DNA from: Paraspadella gotoi
Lineage: Eukaryota > Animalia > Chaetognatha
Length of the DNA: 64,000 bases
Assembly (NCBI GenBank): GCA_051294375.1
Contig: CM119265.1
Location: 1,728,280-1,792,279, forward strand
Direction of reading: 5' to 3'
Shown: piece after piece, positions 22,691 to 38,385 of the stretch
Layout of the letters: each line of letters begins with the position of its first letter
Numbering within the stretch: position 1 is the first letter of the stretch
The notes under the pieces: model-generated
What the model saw: only the letters and a program-made list of their open reading frames with translations
Database searches by the model: none
Told to the model about the DNA's origin: nothing
Made by a program: the position numbers and the translations under genes

Positions 22691-25042
22691 TTAATAACTC
22701 AAAACAGAACCAATTACAGTTATTATTAATGTTAGCAAATTAATTACGTTATAATTGTACTTTTGTTCCCTATCCGCAGATTCAAGTAGATTGTCATAAA
22801 CCTCATTTAGATCTCTTGTAATGTTGTCAGAAGGCGTGTTATAAAATAGTTTATCAATAAACTTATCTAAAAAAACAAAATTAATTGACTCAGATGGTAA
22901 TTTTGTGGAAAGAAGAATTTGCTTATGATTGTTTAAGTAGATTGAGTCATAATATAAAGCAAATTCATGATAATTAGTTTGTTTGCATTTTATGGAAAGT
23001 TTAAAAAGCGTATGAAAGCTAGTCAAAAATACCATTAAGATTATAAAAATGGTTTTGACAAAAAGTTTATATTTTTTTAAAAGTTTTTCTGTGATCAAAA
23101 AAAGCCATACCAATATGGGTATAATAGAAACACTTGAAACCAAGTCGTAATACTCACTGTTTAATAATAGGATAATAATTTGATGGGTGTAATATTCGTG
23201 AGGCTCAAAATACCATGGTAAAGATACACAAGATAAAATGACGAAACGAAGCTTTTGACGAATAATGATTGCTTGTTTTACAAGCATGGACCAAATTGGA
23301 AAAGAGCAAGCAATTAACCCCAAAAATCCAAACATCTTTTTTTCTCCAATTGACAAGCAGTTAAGAGATTTACCAGCATACACTTCCAGCATTAGCAAAA
23401 CAAAGTATGATATCCAAGAGGTATAAGCAAAGTTGGTGTACATGATAAAGCTTCTGGACATTTTTGTTTTTGAAGAAAAGAGCATTTCAAAGTTTATTGA
23501 ACTCAGATAAAATCTTTCGCCTTGAAAAAATAAACCCGAATTTTTACTCGCAACATCGTGATTTAGCGTCGTAAGTATATTGATGGAGGTTATAAGCAGA
23601 GGACTGAGAGCGCCCAGCACAAAATTAATCAAGTTAACAAATTCTTTTCTAATAAAGAAAAGAGATGCGTTGTATAAAAATCCCAGCCCGAGATCGGACA
23701 TCAACATGATTAAAACGGTTAGATGGTCAGGTTCGAGAAACTTGTAGTTTCCGAGTTTATAACTAAAAACATCATCCGCTAGAATTACGGTTGGATCTTT
23801 GCGTTGCAAAGCGTGGCAAGACATAATCACGGAAATGGGGACCATTTGTTCCCATCTCACGCTATCGACAAATCCGGCCGTGACGAAACATCTACGAGGG
23901 GACAAGACATCTTTGTGAATGTAGATGTGCGGGGTCATTATTTTCTTCTCGCTAATAGCTATCCACATTTCCAGATGATGGAATTTGATGATTTTAAATT
24001 TGTCAATGACAAAGAAGATGGAGCAAGTCATTGCGGACCAAGATATCATGACTAGACATTGAGCAAAAGAGTTTTCTTTCCCATTTTTCGCTTGTTTGGT
24101 GATGAAATTGGTCACCTGATCTCTCAACTCTGTGATGGTGAAAACTCTCAAGAGAACCAACGGAGTGAGCAGAATTAGCCAAAGCGACCATTTCAAAGCC
24201 CAAACATAAACGAGGTAAATGTAGATGACCACTCCGAAGACTCCTTGGACCACACCGATGATGCTCAAAACCAAACGCCTTCCACTCAACCTGGAGGGAC
24301 TTCGAACATCCACTGTCGCTTTGGCGAGACCCACGATAGAGAGCGAAAAGGACACCAAAGTTTCATAATTGTCCAAAGGCCAACTGCAGGTCCTCAGTTG
24401 CAGCATGTAATTTAGCACCTTTGACCCGCAAGTGCAAGGGCTTGGGCTGATAAATGTCGACCCATCCGAATTCAATTTAATTAGGGAATAATTTTTAATC
24501 TTCTCGGTATTATTTTGGTCGGGTAAGCAGAGCTTGGTGGTGCCGCTCGTCATAGCTAAGATGATGGCTGCTGCTTGTAGGAGAATTTGCGGAAAAGTTT
24601 CGAGCAAAAGATGCAGCAAATCAAAAGTAAAAACGAGGCTCCTTTTGGACAAAGACAAAGACGACGATGACAACGATTTGGCCACCAACTCGGAAGATGA
24701 CGACGTGACTGTCAAAGTTGCCGAATACTCGTTATGTTGATCCAATCTTTCATCGATCGAGGCCACGGAGTTGGCGAGTCCCGCAAGGCACAAACACATT
24801 GTCACCATCTTACGCCAACAGTGGCGCCAAAGTCGCGGATAAACCGGCGCCTCTTTAGAGAATTGGCGCCATGCCAATGAGGCAGAAATGACGCCATGTG
24901 CCACGAGGACGACGCCCATAGCGACGCCGATGTAGCGCTCGCCGTAGAAATCTTTTCTGAGAAATAGGTAAGTCGTGCGAAGGTCAGTAAAGACATCGGC
25001 GACGTTAAGGATGATGATGATGACTACGATTTTGGGATTCAT
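22691..25042 (-). CDS. Intronless XK-related (Xkr scramblase-like) multipass membrane protein, about 783 aa
   Basis: Single 2.35-kb ORF from ATG 25042. N-terminal LNVADVFTDL and LLETFPQILLQ resemble the XK-family DxxxD and ExxPQxxLQ motifs; many hydrophobic segments. Confidence 0.65.
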   Translation of the reverse strand: MNPKIVVIIIILNVADVFTDLRTTYLFLRKDFYGERYIGVAMGVVLVAHGVISASLAWRQFSKEAPVYPRLWRHCWRKMVTMCLCLAGLANSVASIDERLDQHNEYSATLTVTSSSSELVAKSLSSSSLSLSKRSLVFTFDLLHLLLETFPQILLQAAAIILAMTSGTTKLCLPDQNNTEKIKNYSLIKLNSDGSTFISPSPCTCGSKVLNYMLQLRTCSWPLDNYETLVSFSLSIVGLAKATVDVRSPSRLSGRRLVLSIIGVVQGVFGVVIYIYLVYVWALKWSLWLILLTPLVLLRVFTITELRDQVTNFITKQAKNGKENSFAQCLVMISWSAMTCSIFFVIDKFKIIKFHHLEMWIAISEKKIMTPHIYIHKDVLSPRRCFVTAGFVDSVRWEQMVPISVIMSCHALQRKDPTVILADDVFSYKLGNYKFLEPDHLTVLIMLMSDLGLGFLYNASLFFIRKEFVNLINFVLGALSPLLITSINILTTLNHDVASKNSGLFFQGERFYLSSINFEMLFSSKTKMSRSFIMYTNFAYTSWISYFVLLMLEVYAGKSLNCLSIGEKKMFGFLGLIACSFPIWSMLVKQAIIIRQKLRFVILSCVSLPWYFEPHEYYTHQIIILLLNSEYYDLVSSVSIIPILVWLFLITEKLLKKYKLFVKTIFIILMVFLTSFHTLFKLSIKCKQTNYHEFALYYDSIYLNNHKQILLSTKLPSESINFVFLDKFIDKLFYNTPSDNITRDLNEVYDNLLESADREQKYNYNVINLLTLIITVIGSVLSY

Positions 25043-25379
25043 GGTGATGTGATATGTTGTAATATGAGATAGGATATGATAGAATATGATATCATAAGAT
25101 GGGAAGGAGTGAAGGAGAAAAAAAAGGAATAAGTAAGACAAGGGAGGAAGAGAAGGAAATAATGCGAAATGACTTTTGGAGTCTTAATATCTTAGCACAA
25201 ATGGAACATTTATTGACAATGCCGAGGGAATATCGTAAGAGATTGCTTTTTGTCCTATTATTTACCTTATTTCGTCTTTCTGAACGATTATGATTACGAT
25301 TAAGAATGATACAGCATCTTAGATCACATCCACATCACATATAAATAATATAAATAATATAAATACTGATTGCTTATTT

Positions 25380-25935
25380 TACAAGCATGGAGAAAATAGG
25401 AAAAGAGCAAGTAATTAATTCCAAAAATCCAAGCATCATTTTTTCTCCAATTAAGATTTGGTTGCCAATACTGAAGACGACGATGGGACTGACAAAGTTA
25501 CTAAATTCTTTGTTCGTCAACCGATGCCAATGGGTTAGCGATACCTGCAAAGCACAAAATTATTGCCACAGTCTCCAAAGTTGAGGATATACCGCCGCCT
25601 CTTTAGAGAATTGGCGTCATGTCAACAAACCGGAAATGACGTCATGTGCCACAAAGACGACGCTCATAGCAACGTAGCATTCGCCATAGAAATATTTTCT
25701 GAGAAATAGGTAAGTCGTGCGAAGGTCAGTAGAGACATCGGCGACGTTAAGGATGATGACCACAATAGAGACGACGATTTCGGGATTCATGGTGATGTGA
25801 TGTGTCGTAATATGACATAGGATATGATAGAATATGATACCATATGATGGGAAAGAGTGAAAGCGAAAAAAAGGAATGAGAGAGAGGAGGAGGGGGGAGA
25901 AAGAGAAGGAAAAAAATGACTTTTGGCTTCTTAAT
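25380..25935 (-). pseudogene. Internally deleted duplicate of the XK-like gene
   Basis: 25590-25935 aligns with 24845-25190 (upstream region + first about 65 codons, with indels); 25380-25455 aligns with about 23280-23355. Confidence 0.75.
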
Positions 25936-25950
25936 ACGTATATTTTCTCA

Positions 25951-26200
25951 GCTTTATTTTCCCAAAACGCCTAATTTCATTTAAATTCAAAAAGATAGTT
26001 TTTCAATACAAAAATAAAATTAGATTAAGGCTAAGGATGGGATTAAAAATTAAGTATAGGATTATAGTTAGTTTTTAGGGTTCGGGATTTTGGTTATAGA
26101 TTAGGTATTAGGGTTAAGGATAATTTTAAGGTTAATAAATTTGATTAGGGATTAGGTTAAGGGTTTGATAACAGAATTGAGGCGCTTTGGGAAAATAGAG
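25951..26200. mobile_element. MITE with about 22-bp TIRs enclosing degenerate TTAGGG repeats
   Basis: GCTTTATTTTCCCAAAACGCCT ... AGGCGCTTTGGGAAAATAGAGC. Confidence 0.65.
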
Positions 26201-26590
26201 CCTTTGTCTCTCTGGCATCCTTGATATATTCTGTTTATTAACATCGCCGAGAGATTATCGGAAAAGATTAATTGTTGTCATTATGACGATTTTTTTCCTC
26301 TACCTCATTTCTCATTAGGCTTTCTTTGTGATAACATTTCCTCTGAAATAGGTTTTCAAAAGGCCGATACATTTTAAGCGAACCGACAGCCGAAAGTATG
26401 TATATTTACATAGATTACTCAAAAAATGCAAATCAAAACACGACAACAATCTAAATTTTCTCAGACTTGGTTTCTGTTGTTGTAGTTGTCGTCGTTTTGA
26501 TTCTTAGAGTTTATGCTGGTTATCGTCTGCCGAGTAAATTAATTCGATCGAGAATCAGACTATTTGTTTTGTTTTTTCAAGTCGAATTTG

Positions 26591-26621
<31 letters not shown>

Positions 26622-26786
26622 CAAGTCGAATTTCACTCACGTTGCAAACTTTATCGTTAACATTGAAAAAATATGAATTCGTTAAATATTTTCTGGAGCT
26701 GAAATTGAAAGTCGGTTTCAGGGATCGAACCGGGGACCTTCACATTTACTTTTCCACTTAAGTGAAGCCTTTTTACGGATTCGGTG

Positions 26787-26818
<32 letters not shown>

Positions 26819-27370
26819 CCGAAAACCAGTTTTAAAGCGAAGAACGAGAAAATCAGGTTTTTATTTCGTCGTTGAAATACTTTTTTTAGAGAATAAATAA
26901 TTAAATCAATAAATGATTATTGTCTGCCTAAAAAAAAATTCGAGAAAAGAGGAATTAATAATTTGGTTTTGCGGTAAATTTGTCAAAAATCACGGATTCG
27001 TTGATTTAATATAATTGTAATTAATATCGTAATAAAACGAACAAACGCTCGCCTTTTTTTACGAATTAGGAATTTTAACAACTCACCTACGCAACCCTAG
27101 AAATTAAAACAAAATTATATTTATACTACGAGACTTACTTTTTATAACTCGAAAATTGGCAACTGTCCTTTTGTTAATAACATTTTTCATTTCAATCTCC
27201 ATTTAATTTTATGCAGAAAAAAATAAATGCAGCCGCACGTGTAATACGAAATTAAGAAAAACGAAAAAATAATAAGGGAAAGAATTAAAGTAATAGAAAA
27301 TAAAAAATAACAAAAACAAAACATAGGAATCTAGATAAAAAAATTTTAAAAAAACAAAGGAGGATTTAAG

Positions 27371-32085
<4,715 letters not shown>

Positions 32086-32105
32086 GGACTTAAAACTATA
32101 AAATC

Positions 32106-32337
32106 GGGTTATTTTTATTTTCACAAACCGGGGTTAACTTAAGGAGGGGTTAGAGTTAAGGGTGGTTTAGAAGTGGTATAAGGTTAGGGGTTATTAGGGT
32201 TAAGATGGGTTTAAGGTTAGGGTAATTAAGTAATATTTTTAAACAATTTTTTAAACAATTTTTTAAAAAATAACTATTTTTAAATAATTTTTCAAAAACC
32301 GTCAAAACCGCGGTCGGCGAAAGTAAAATTTATCCCT
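32106..32337 (-). mobile_element. MITE of the same family, in the GRB2 3' UTR
   Basis: Reverse complement aligns with 31584-31776. Confidence 0.7.
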
Positions 32338-32852
32338 AATATTTTCATTTATAGATTTAACGTCTAATTACTAAAATACTGAAAGCTCAACTAATTCGGG
32401 TCACAGCCTTCAGAAAAACTATTGGCCTATTAGTATTAGTATTACTATGATATCCGTTTTGTGTGTAATTCCCATTTCTGTTATCTGATGTTCATTGGGT
32501 GAATTTTGACCTCATTTTGACCAGAGGGTTAAAGCAGACCTCTCACCGGTTCTTCCACAATCCACATCCAGGGTCGTTCTAGTCAAATTCCAATCCATAT
32601 ATTGAAATATAAAAAAAATATGTTTCAATTGCTAGTCACAACTTTACTGTGTAAAAAGTTTATATATATATTCAAATTAGTTTAGTTTGGTTAACCAATT
32701 TGATTACCACTTTCGGTGGAACGTAATACATTTATTGTTTCATTGTGTCAATTTATTCATTTTGAACAGATGAAATAACACTTAAAAATAACTGAAAAAC
32801 TAAAAAAACAAAACTAAGAATTTTTTTTTTCCGAAATAAAAAAAAAATAAAA

Positions 32853-34555
32853 ATGGAAGCAAAATGTCTGTACGATTTTTACGCAACGAGACAAGACGAA
32901 CTCGGCTTTAAACAGGGAGACGTTGTTAAGGTTAGTAATTGTATAATTAATGATAATAAAAGTATAACTTGAAATATTAATCAATTTAACTAACGTCTAC
33001 TCTCTCCCATCAGATCATCGGTCAAGGCGACAACGACCAGTGGCTCCGCGCAGAGCTGGTCGGTCGCGAAGGCCAGGTCCCGTTCTCTTACGTGCAAATG
33101 GCGCCCCGCCCTTGGTTCCAGCCGAAAATGAGCCGAACTGAAGCTGAAAAGTTCTTGTTGACAAAAGTAGAGAAAGGGAATGGAGGCAAGAAGGAATTCG
33201 AGTACGAGGGTGAGAAAATTAGGGGGGGGGTCGATGTTTAAAAAAAAAAAATCATTAAATCAAAAGGGCGATAAAAATTCTTCCAAAATGAGCAAATAAT
33301 ATTTCTATAACTTTCTTGAGGCAAAATGGTTTTAGTTTACAACGAATTTTATTTTTTCATAGAAACTAAACTAAAACCATTTTGCCTCAATACATATAGT
33401 GGTAATAACCTTTCTTTTTTCGTTGTTATAACTTTCTTTAAATAAGTTCAACACGTTAACTTTACAAACAATTTTTTAAAATAAATCGTTTGATCGTTCC
33501 TATGTTTAATTATAATAATTTAACTCATCGTTGCAGTAACAAATTAAAACTGTTTTTGTAATCATTTATTAATTTATTGAATATCAATTAAATCTAACTC
33601 GCATCCAATTCCACCTAAACTCCCCCAGACGGTTTCTTCATCATCCGTCCGAGCGACACTCGCCTCGGTGAATTCACGCTCAGCGTGAAATACAACAAGA
33701 CGGTCATTCACGTGAGAGTCAATCGCGATGGAGACGGAAAATATTTTCTTTTGAGTGAAAAGGAAAAGTTCGATTCGCTCAACAAACTTTTGGAACATCA
33801 CAAGTCATCGTCGGCGTCAAAGTGAGTTAGGGTGAACACTGAACAGTTAACACAGTGAACCTGTAGATGTCAAGGATGGTCCAAAGGGTGTTTTCTTCTT
33901 CCCCCCTCTCTCTCTGTCTCTGAGTGTCTCTCTTACTCTCTCTCTCACTCTCTCTCGCTCATCGTCTTGAGTTGTAATGTATCTCTATCACCTGAGGTCT
34001 GATCAATCTTTCTTTTATGGCAACAGCCGGGTTGCCTGTGATGCCCATTGGGATGGGGCATCTCACTGTTGGCTTTGAGGGCTTCCGACCCTCAGTGACG
34101 CCTCCTGTCACTGGCGCGGTTACCCGAGGACGGTCTCGCTTTGCCAACGCAGAGGGAAGTCATTAGGACTGTGGATGGAACACAACGCCTGGGATGGTGG
34201 GTTCCCCCTCTGAGCCAATGGTATTGAGGTGGTGTGAATATACCGCCACACTTGTCATTAACCTCCACCATATCTTCCCATAAAATACACTATTGCAACA
34301 TCCTTCACATCCGGTCCAACCTCCAGAGCCCATCACGTCCTTCTCCGCTTCATCGATCGCTACGCGGAGGCGGTCTTCGACTTCCGTCCACAGAGCGACG
34401 CGGAACTCGAGTTAAGTCGCGGAGATGTCGTGAGAATCGTCGATGCCTTCGACGCTGATTGGTGGGAAGGCGAGTGCGGTGGACGAAGGGGCATTTTCCC
34501 CAAGAACGTCGTCAACACGGGGACCGAGGCGGCGGTAAACGGGGCTTTTCATTAA
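32853..34555 (+). CDS. Divergent GRB2-like SH3-SH2-SH3 paralogue (tandem duplicate)
   Basis: Exons 32853-32930, 33014-33209, 33629-33821, 34327-34555. MEAKCLYDF..DELGFKQGD..QWLRAE..PWF..DGFFIIRPS..GEFTLSVK..RDGDGKYFLL..AVFDFRPQ..DWWEGECGGRRGIFPKN. Confidence 0.92.
33317..33390. repeat. Perfect 24-bp inverted repeat (mini-MITE or hairpin), intronic
   Basis: TTGAGGCAAAATGGTTTTAGTTTA ... TAAACTAAAACCATTTTGCCTCAA. Confidence 0.85.
34017..34169. repeat. GC-rich multi-hairpin interspersed element (copy 1)
   Basis: About 150 bp, near-identical to 49362-49513. Confidence 0.85.
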
Positions 34556-35611
34556 GTTGATAATTTACGGCTTAACTTTGTTAAAATTAAACCCGTCCAT
34601 GTTGAGAATGCGCCGAAGATAGAACAATTCTAAGTTAATCTTTCGATTGATAATCGTCATTCGTATGTAAAATTTGTATATATTTTAGTAGCTAATTTAA
34701 AAAAATTTCTCCCGCCGATGATGCCTCATGAAACAACCCCAACAAACTTGTGTATCGTTATTGAAAGACGTTCTGCTCAACTAGTCAAGCCTAACGACGT
34801 AAATTCAGAAATTCCTTTCTCACCGACCTCGAAGTACTTTCTACGTTAACAGTTTGAGTAAACATTTCCACTTCCATCTTGTTTAATGTACTACTTTGGA
34901 ATAAATTTGAAATTGATTTTTGGTAAATACAGACTTCTCCATTTAAATTTTTAGCCAATTAAAAATATGTTTCCTAATCACTAATAGCTTTTTCTTTTTA
35001 ACTCGGGTCGTAAAAAGTAACGTAATTTATGACATTTTGGTCAAAGAAATTTTATTTTCTGATAAACAAAAACAAAAAGGCGTGATTCCAGCGTTACGAC
35101 AACAACAACAAACCCACGAAATTCCCGAAAAAAAGGGAATTAATCATCTTGGGGGAAAATTCATATCACTCGTTTGTTACCTAGAATATGACCAGAATGT
35201 AAAATGATATAATCATGTAATGTAATGACTAATATATTATGTAATCGACTTTGACTGGGCTCCCGTAGATTTAAATTAAATTAAAAATTTGGCACAACAC
35301 TAAACATGAGAAAAAAGTTATATAAACTGATTTTAATTAACAAAATAACCCGGTTTCTAGTCGTAGTATGAAAGTAATTAAAGCGGACATGTAATGAATA
35401 TAAATACCCGCAAAAAAAAGTAAACGAAAAACTGTAATAAAAACATTTCCTAATTGGACCATATTCCCGGCAGACGACTGGGCATCAACGGTGTTCTTCT
35501 TATTCTTTGTCTCTTTTTTTCGTCACCAGAATGAATCACTTTTTGTCACTTTCTTTCGCTGAGAATCCGCCTGGCCAAGTTCGAAAGGCCAATCACTACA
35601 ATTTGACATCT

Positions 35612-35648
<37 letters not shown>

Positions 35649-35729
35649 AGAGAGAGAGAGAGGAAGAGAGAGAGATGAAGAAGGACGTTCCCCGTTCTAC
35701 GACATCTTTCGACGAGCCAATGGAGCCCG

Positions 35730-35933
35730 TCAACCGACCATGAGGCCGAAGCCGAATCGGTAAGTCGGCTTGCTGTGTACCAAGAAGCCAGAGAGGATGA
35801 AGGTGAAAGGCAGTGGCTGCAGCTTTTTCTCGAGGACGGAACCCACGTTGTAGTTGGAGTCCAACATCCCGCGAAAAACCACGTCGGCCTTTGGAGGGGG
35901 ATGGAGAATTGGAAAAGGTCAAAATGAGCGAAG

Positions 35934-35998
<65 letters not shown>

Positions 35999-37645
35999 GC
36001 CCAAAAACCCACCTTGGGAATCTCGTACTGGAATCCCACGTTGGCGGTGCTCTCCTGTTGCGCCAAGTTGGTCTCCAACTCGACGCCGATTTGAAGGTCG
36101 GATCCGACGCTCTGGTGGAAGCAGGCGTGGACGGCGCCCATCATCGACGCCGTCAATGACGCCGTCCATGAGGCGCCGGTCATGCTTCCGCCCAACGAGT
36201 AGACGGCGATCTGTTTGCCGGGAATCTTGAAGGGGGAAGGGAAGGGTTAGGGGCAGGTGGGGCCAGGGTGAGTAAAAGTATCACTCACTCTCACATTCAC
36301 TCACTCACTCACTCACTCACTCACTTGAGGTCCGAACTGATAGACCAGTTCCGCCCCGAGATTAAGTCTGGGCGCGACCCGCTGGAGGTAGTGACTGATA
36401 ACGATCCCAGAGTCGGTCACGATGTCGGGGTTCACCGCCGTCAATGAGGCCGAATAGGAGGGGCCGCGATACTCGGTCGAAAACTATTAAAGGGAATAGC
36501 AATGATATTTAATTAAGATTAGCACAATTATAACGATATTTTAAACAAGCAGACCTGCGTTCCCGCGAACTTTCCGTTCTGTATCTGGGCGATCATCTTT
36601 GAGCGGAGATCCGGACGCCAGGCGTGCATGATTTGAGCGTTCATGTTGCCTGACGGGTCCATGTCGCCGACTGATGGGGAGAGAGAGAACAGGAAATCAT
36701 GATGAATAGATTAAAATTACTTATTATTTACCAAATTATTATTAAAAACTAAGCGAAAAACAACAATTTTTATTAGTTTTTACAACGATTTATTTGACAT
36801 TAGTAACGGACATGTTTCGACTTGTAATTTCGAGTCTTCTGTAGCATATGACGCTACAAACAACTCGTTAGCTCGGAGCATTCAATCTCGAGTTTGTAGT
36901 TTTTACTACCTTCGGGGCATGGGACCTGGATGCTTTCTCAAACTTAAAAGATTTCGCCAAACTCCAGCAACGAATGCAGGCTTAGATATCGGCAAAACGT
37001 CTAAGCACTTTTTTGAGAGACTTTCTGTCTGCCTTCAGCGCGAGAACGGGGAACTGCTCGCTTCCCGAAGTCCCGTGATTGAGTTGCCGTCTCATGTGGA
37101 CGGAGTTGCTTGACTTTGTCTCCCGATCTCTTCTTCTTTTTCATTTTTATCTTCCCCTTATTTGTTCTCGTTTATTGTTGACATAAGATATTTTTGCAAC
37201 CATTCCCGCAATTTATTTTGTTTGCTCTGTTTTCTTTTCAGAAAAAAAAAAGTTTTTAGAAGAAAATTGATTTGAGGTTATTTGGTTTTATTTCTTTTTA
37301 CAACAAATAGTTTACAAAGTTTAGACAGTTAATATCAAGATGCACAAAATTTATTTTTATGTTTGGGACAGCGGTCCTTATTTTATTCTCACTCTGCTCT
37401 CCTTCTCTCTTCACCTTGGCTTATATACCCTCTCTCTCTTTGTTTCCATTGCTCATCCCCGTTCCGTTGTCGCCGTTACCCGAGGAGTTTTTGTGCTCAT
37501 CCTCATCATAGGTGAGGGGGCGTCCTTTCTCGGCTACCAGTGAAGCGTGAACGACGGTGGTCACCCACCTCTCCCTCTTTAGTGGATCCGTTACACTTCA
37601 TCAGCGTTTGATTTTTTAACAGTTTTTCTTCACAAACATTAAGTT

Positions 37646-37704
<59 letters not shown>

Positions 37705-38385
37705 AAGAAATATGTCCGTTACTAATGTCAAATAAATCGTAAAAACTAATAAAAATTTTCGTTCTTCGCAAGATCAATAACAACGAAAATAGAGAAATGT
37801 CTATTTAAAAACTGAAAAATCGGGGAAAACGTTTAAAACCCTAAAAACATCCCAGAGAGTGTCAACGTTTGAAAAAGGATTTTCAGAAAAGGGTAGAATA
37901 CCCCGGTGGGTTTAGCGTTTCAAAGAATCTACTCACCCAGAATTGGAAAGGCCTCGGTGGGTGAGAACTGTTTAGTGCCGACGTAAGTGGCACCGAACTT
38001 GTATCCGCTCGGCGCCACGGACGACATGGTCACGTGATGGCTGATCTGGAAGTGATTGCTAAGACCCTTCTGGATGATCAGCTTCGTGCCCTCGAAGTTG
38101 ATCGGAAAAACGTCCTTGCACTTCTTGTGGAGGTCGTCGAACTGGCCGGGGTAGTCCTTCTGCCCGGGAGGGGGCGACGGGTCCGCTGAGAATGGAGATA
38201 TTAATTAGAATCGCTCTCTTTCTCTCTCTCTCTGTCTGTCTGTTTGGCGGTCTCTCTCTCTAACCTGGAGGCGGCGATGACGACATCGGCGGAGGAGGCG
38301 GCGACATTGGCGGCGGCGGCGGTGGCGGCGGCGGCGGCGGCGGCACAATGCCAGACGACATGTCGGCTGCGTGAACGTTTCCCAT
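35730..38385 (-). CDS. TOMM40: Mitochondrial import channel TOM40
   Basis: Exons 38385-38265, 38185-37937, 36670-36555, 36483-36325, 36225-36013, 35888-35730. MGNVHAA, poly-Pro, PGQFDDLHKKCKDVFP, KGLSNHFQISH, GDMDPSG, LEKKLQPLPF, FGFGLMVG*. Confidence 0.97.
36765..37757. mobile_element. About 1-kb insertion bounded by about 52-bp inverted repeats (Penelope pLTR-like ends) in a TOMM40 intron
   Basis: 36765-36818 is the reverse complement of 37707-37757; the left arm (minus strand) reads AGACTCG..CAAGTCGAAACATGTC...AATAAA, a decayed hammerhead-like end. Confidence 0.6.

Noticed and set aside
34017-34169. HDV-like ribozyme in the structured repeat
   Set aside because: L3-like UCCUCG/CCUCC segments exist, but I could not assemble P1, P1.1 and J4/2, and copy 2 alters the motif.
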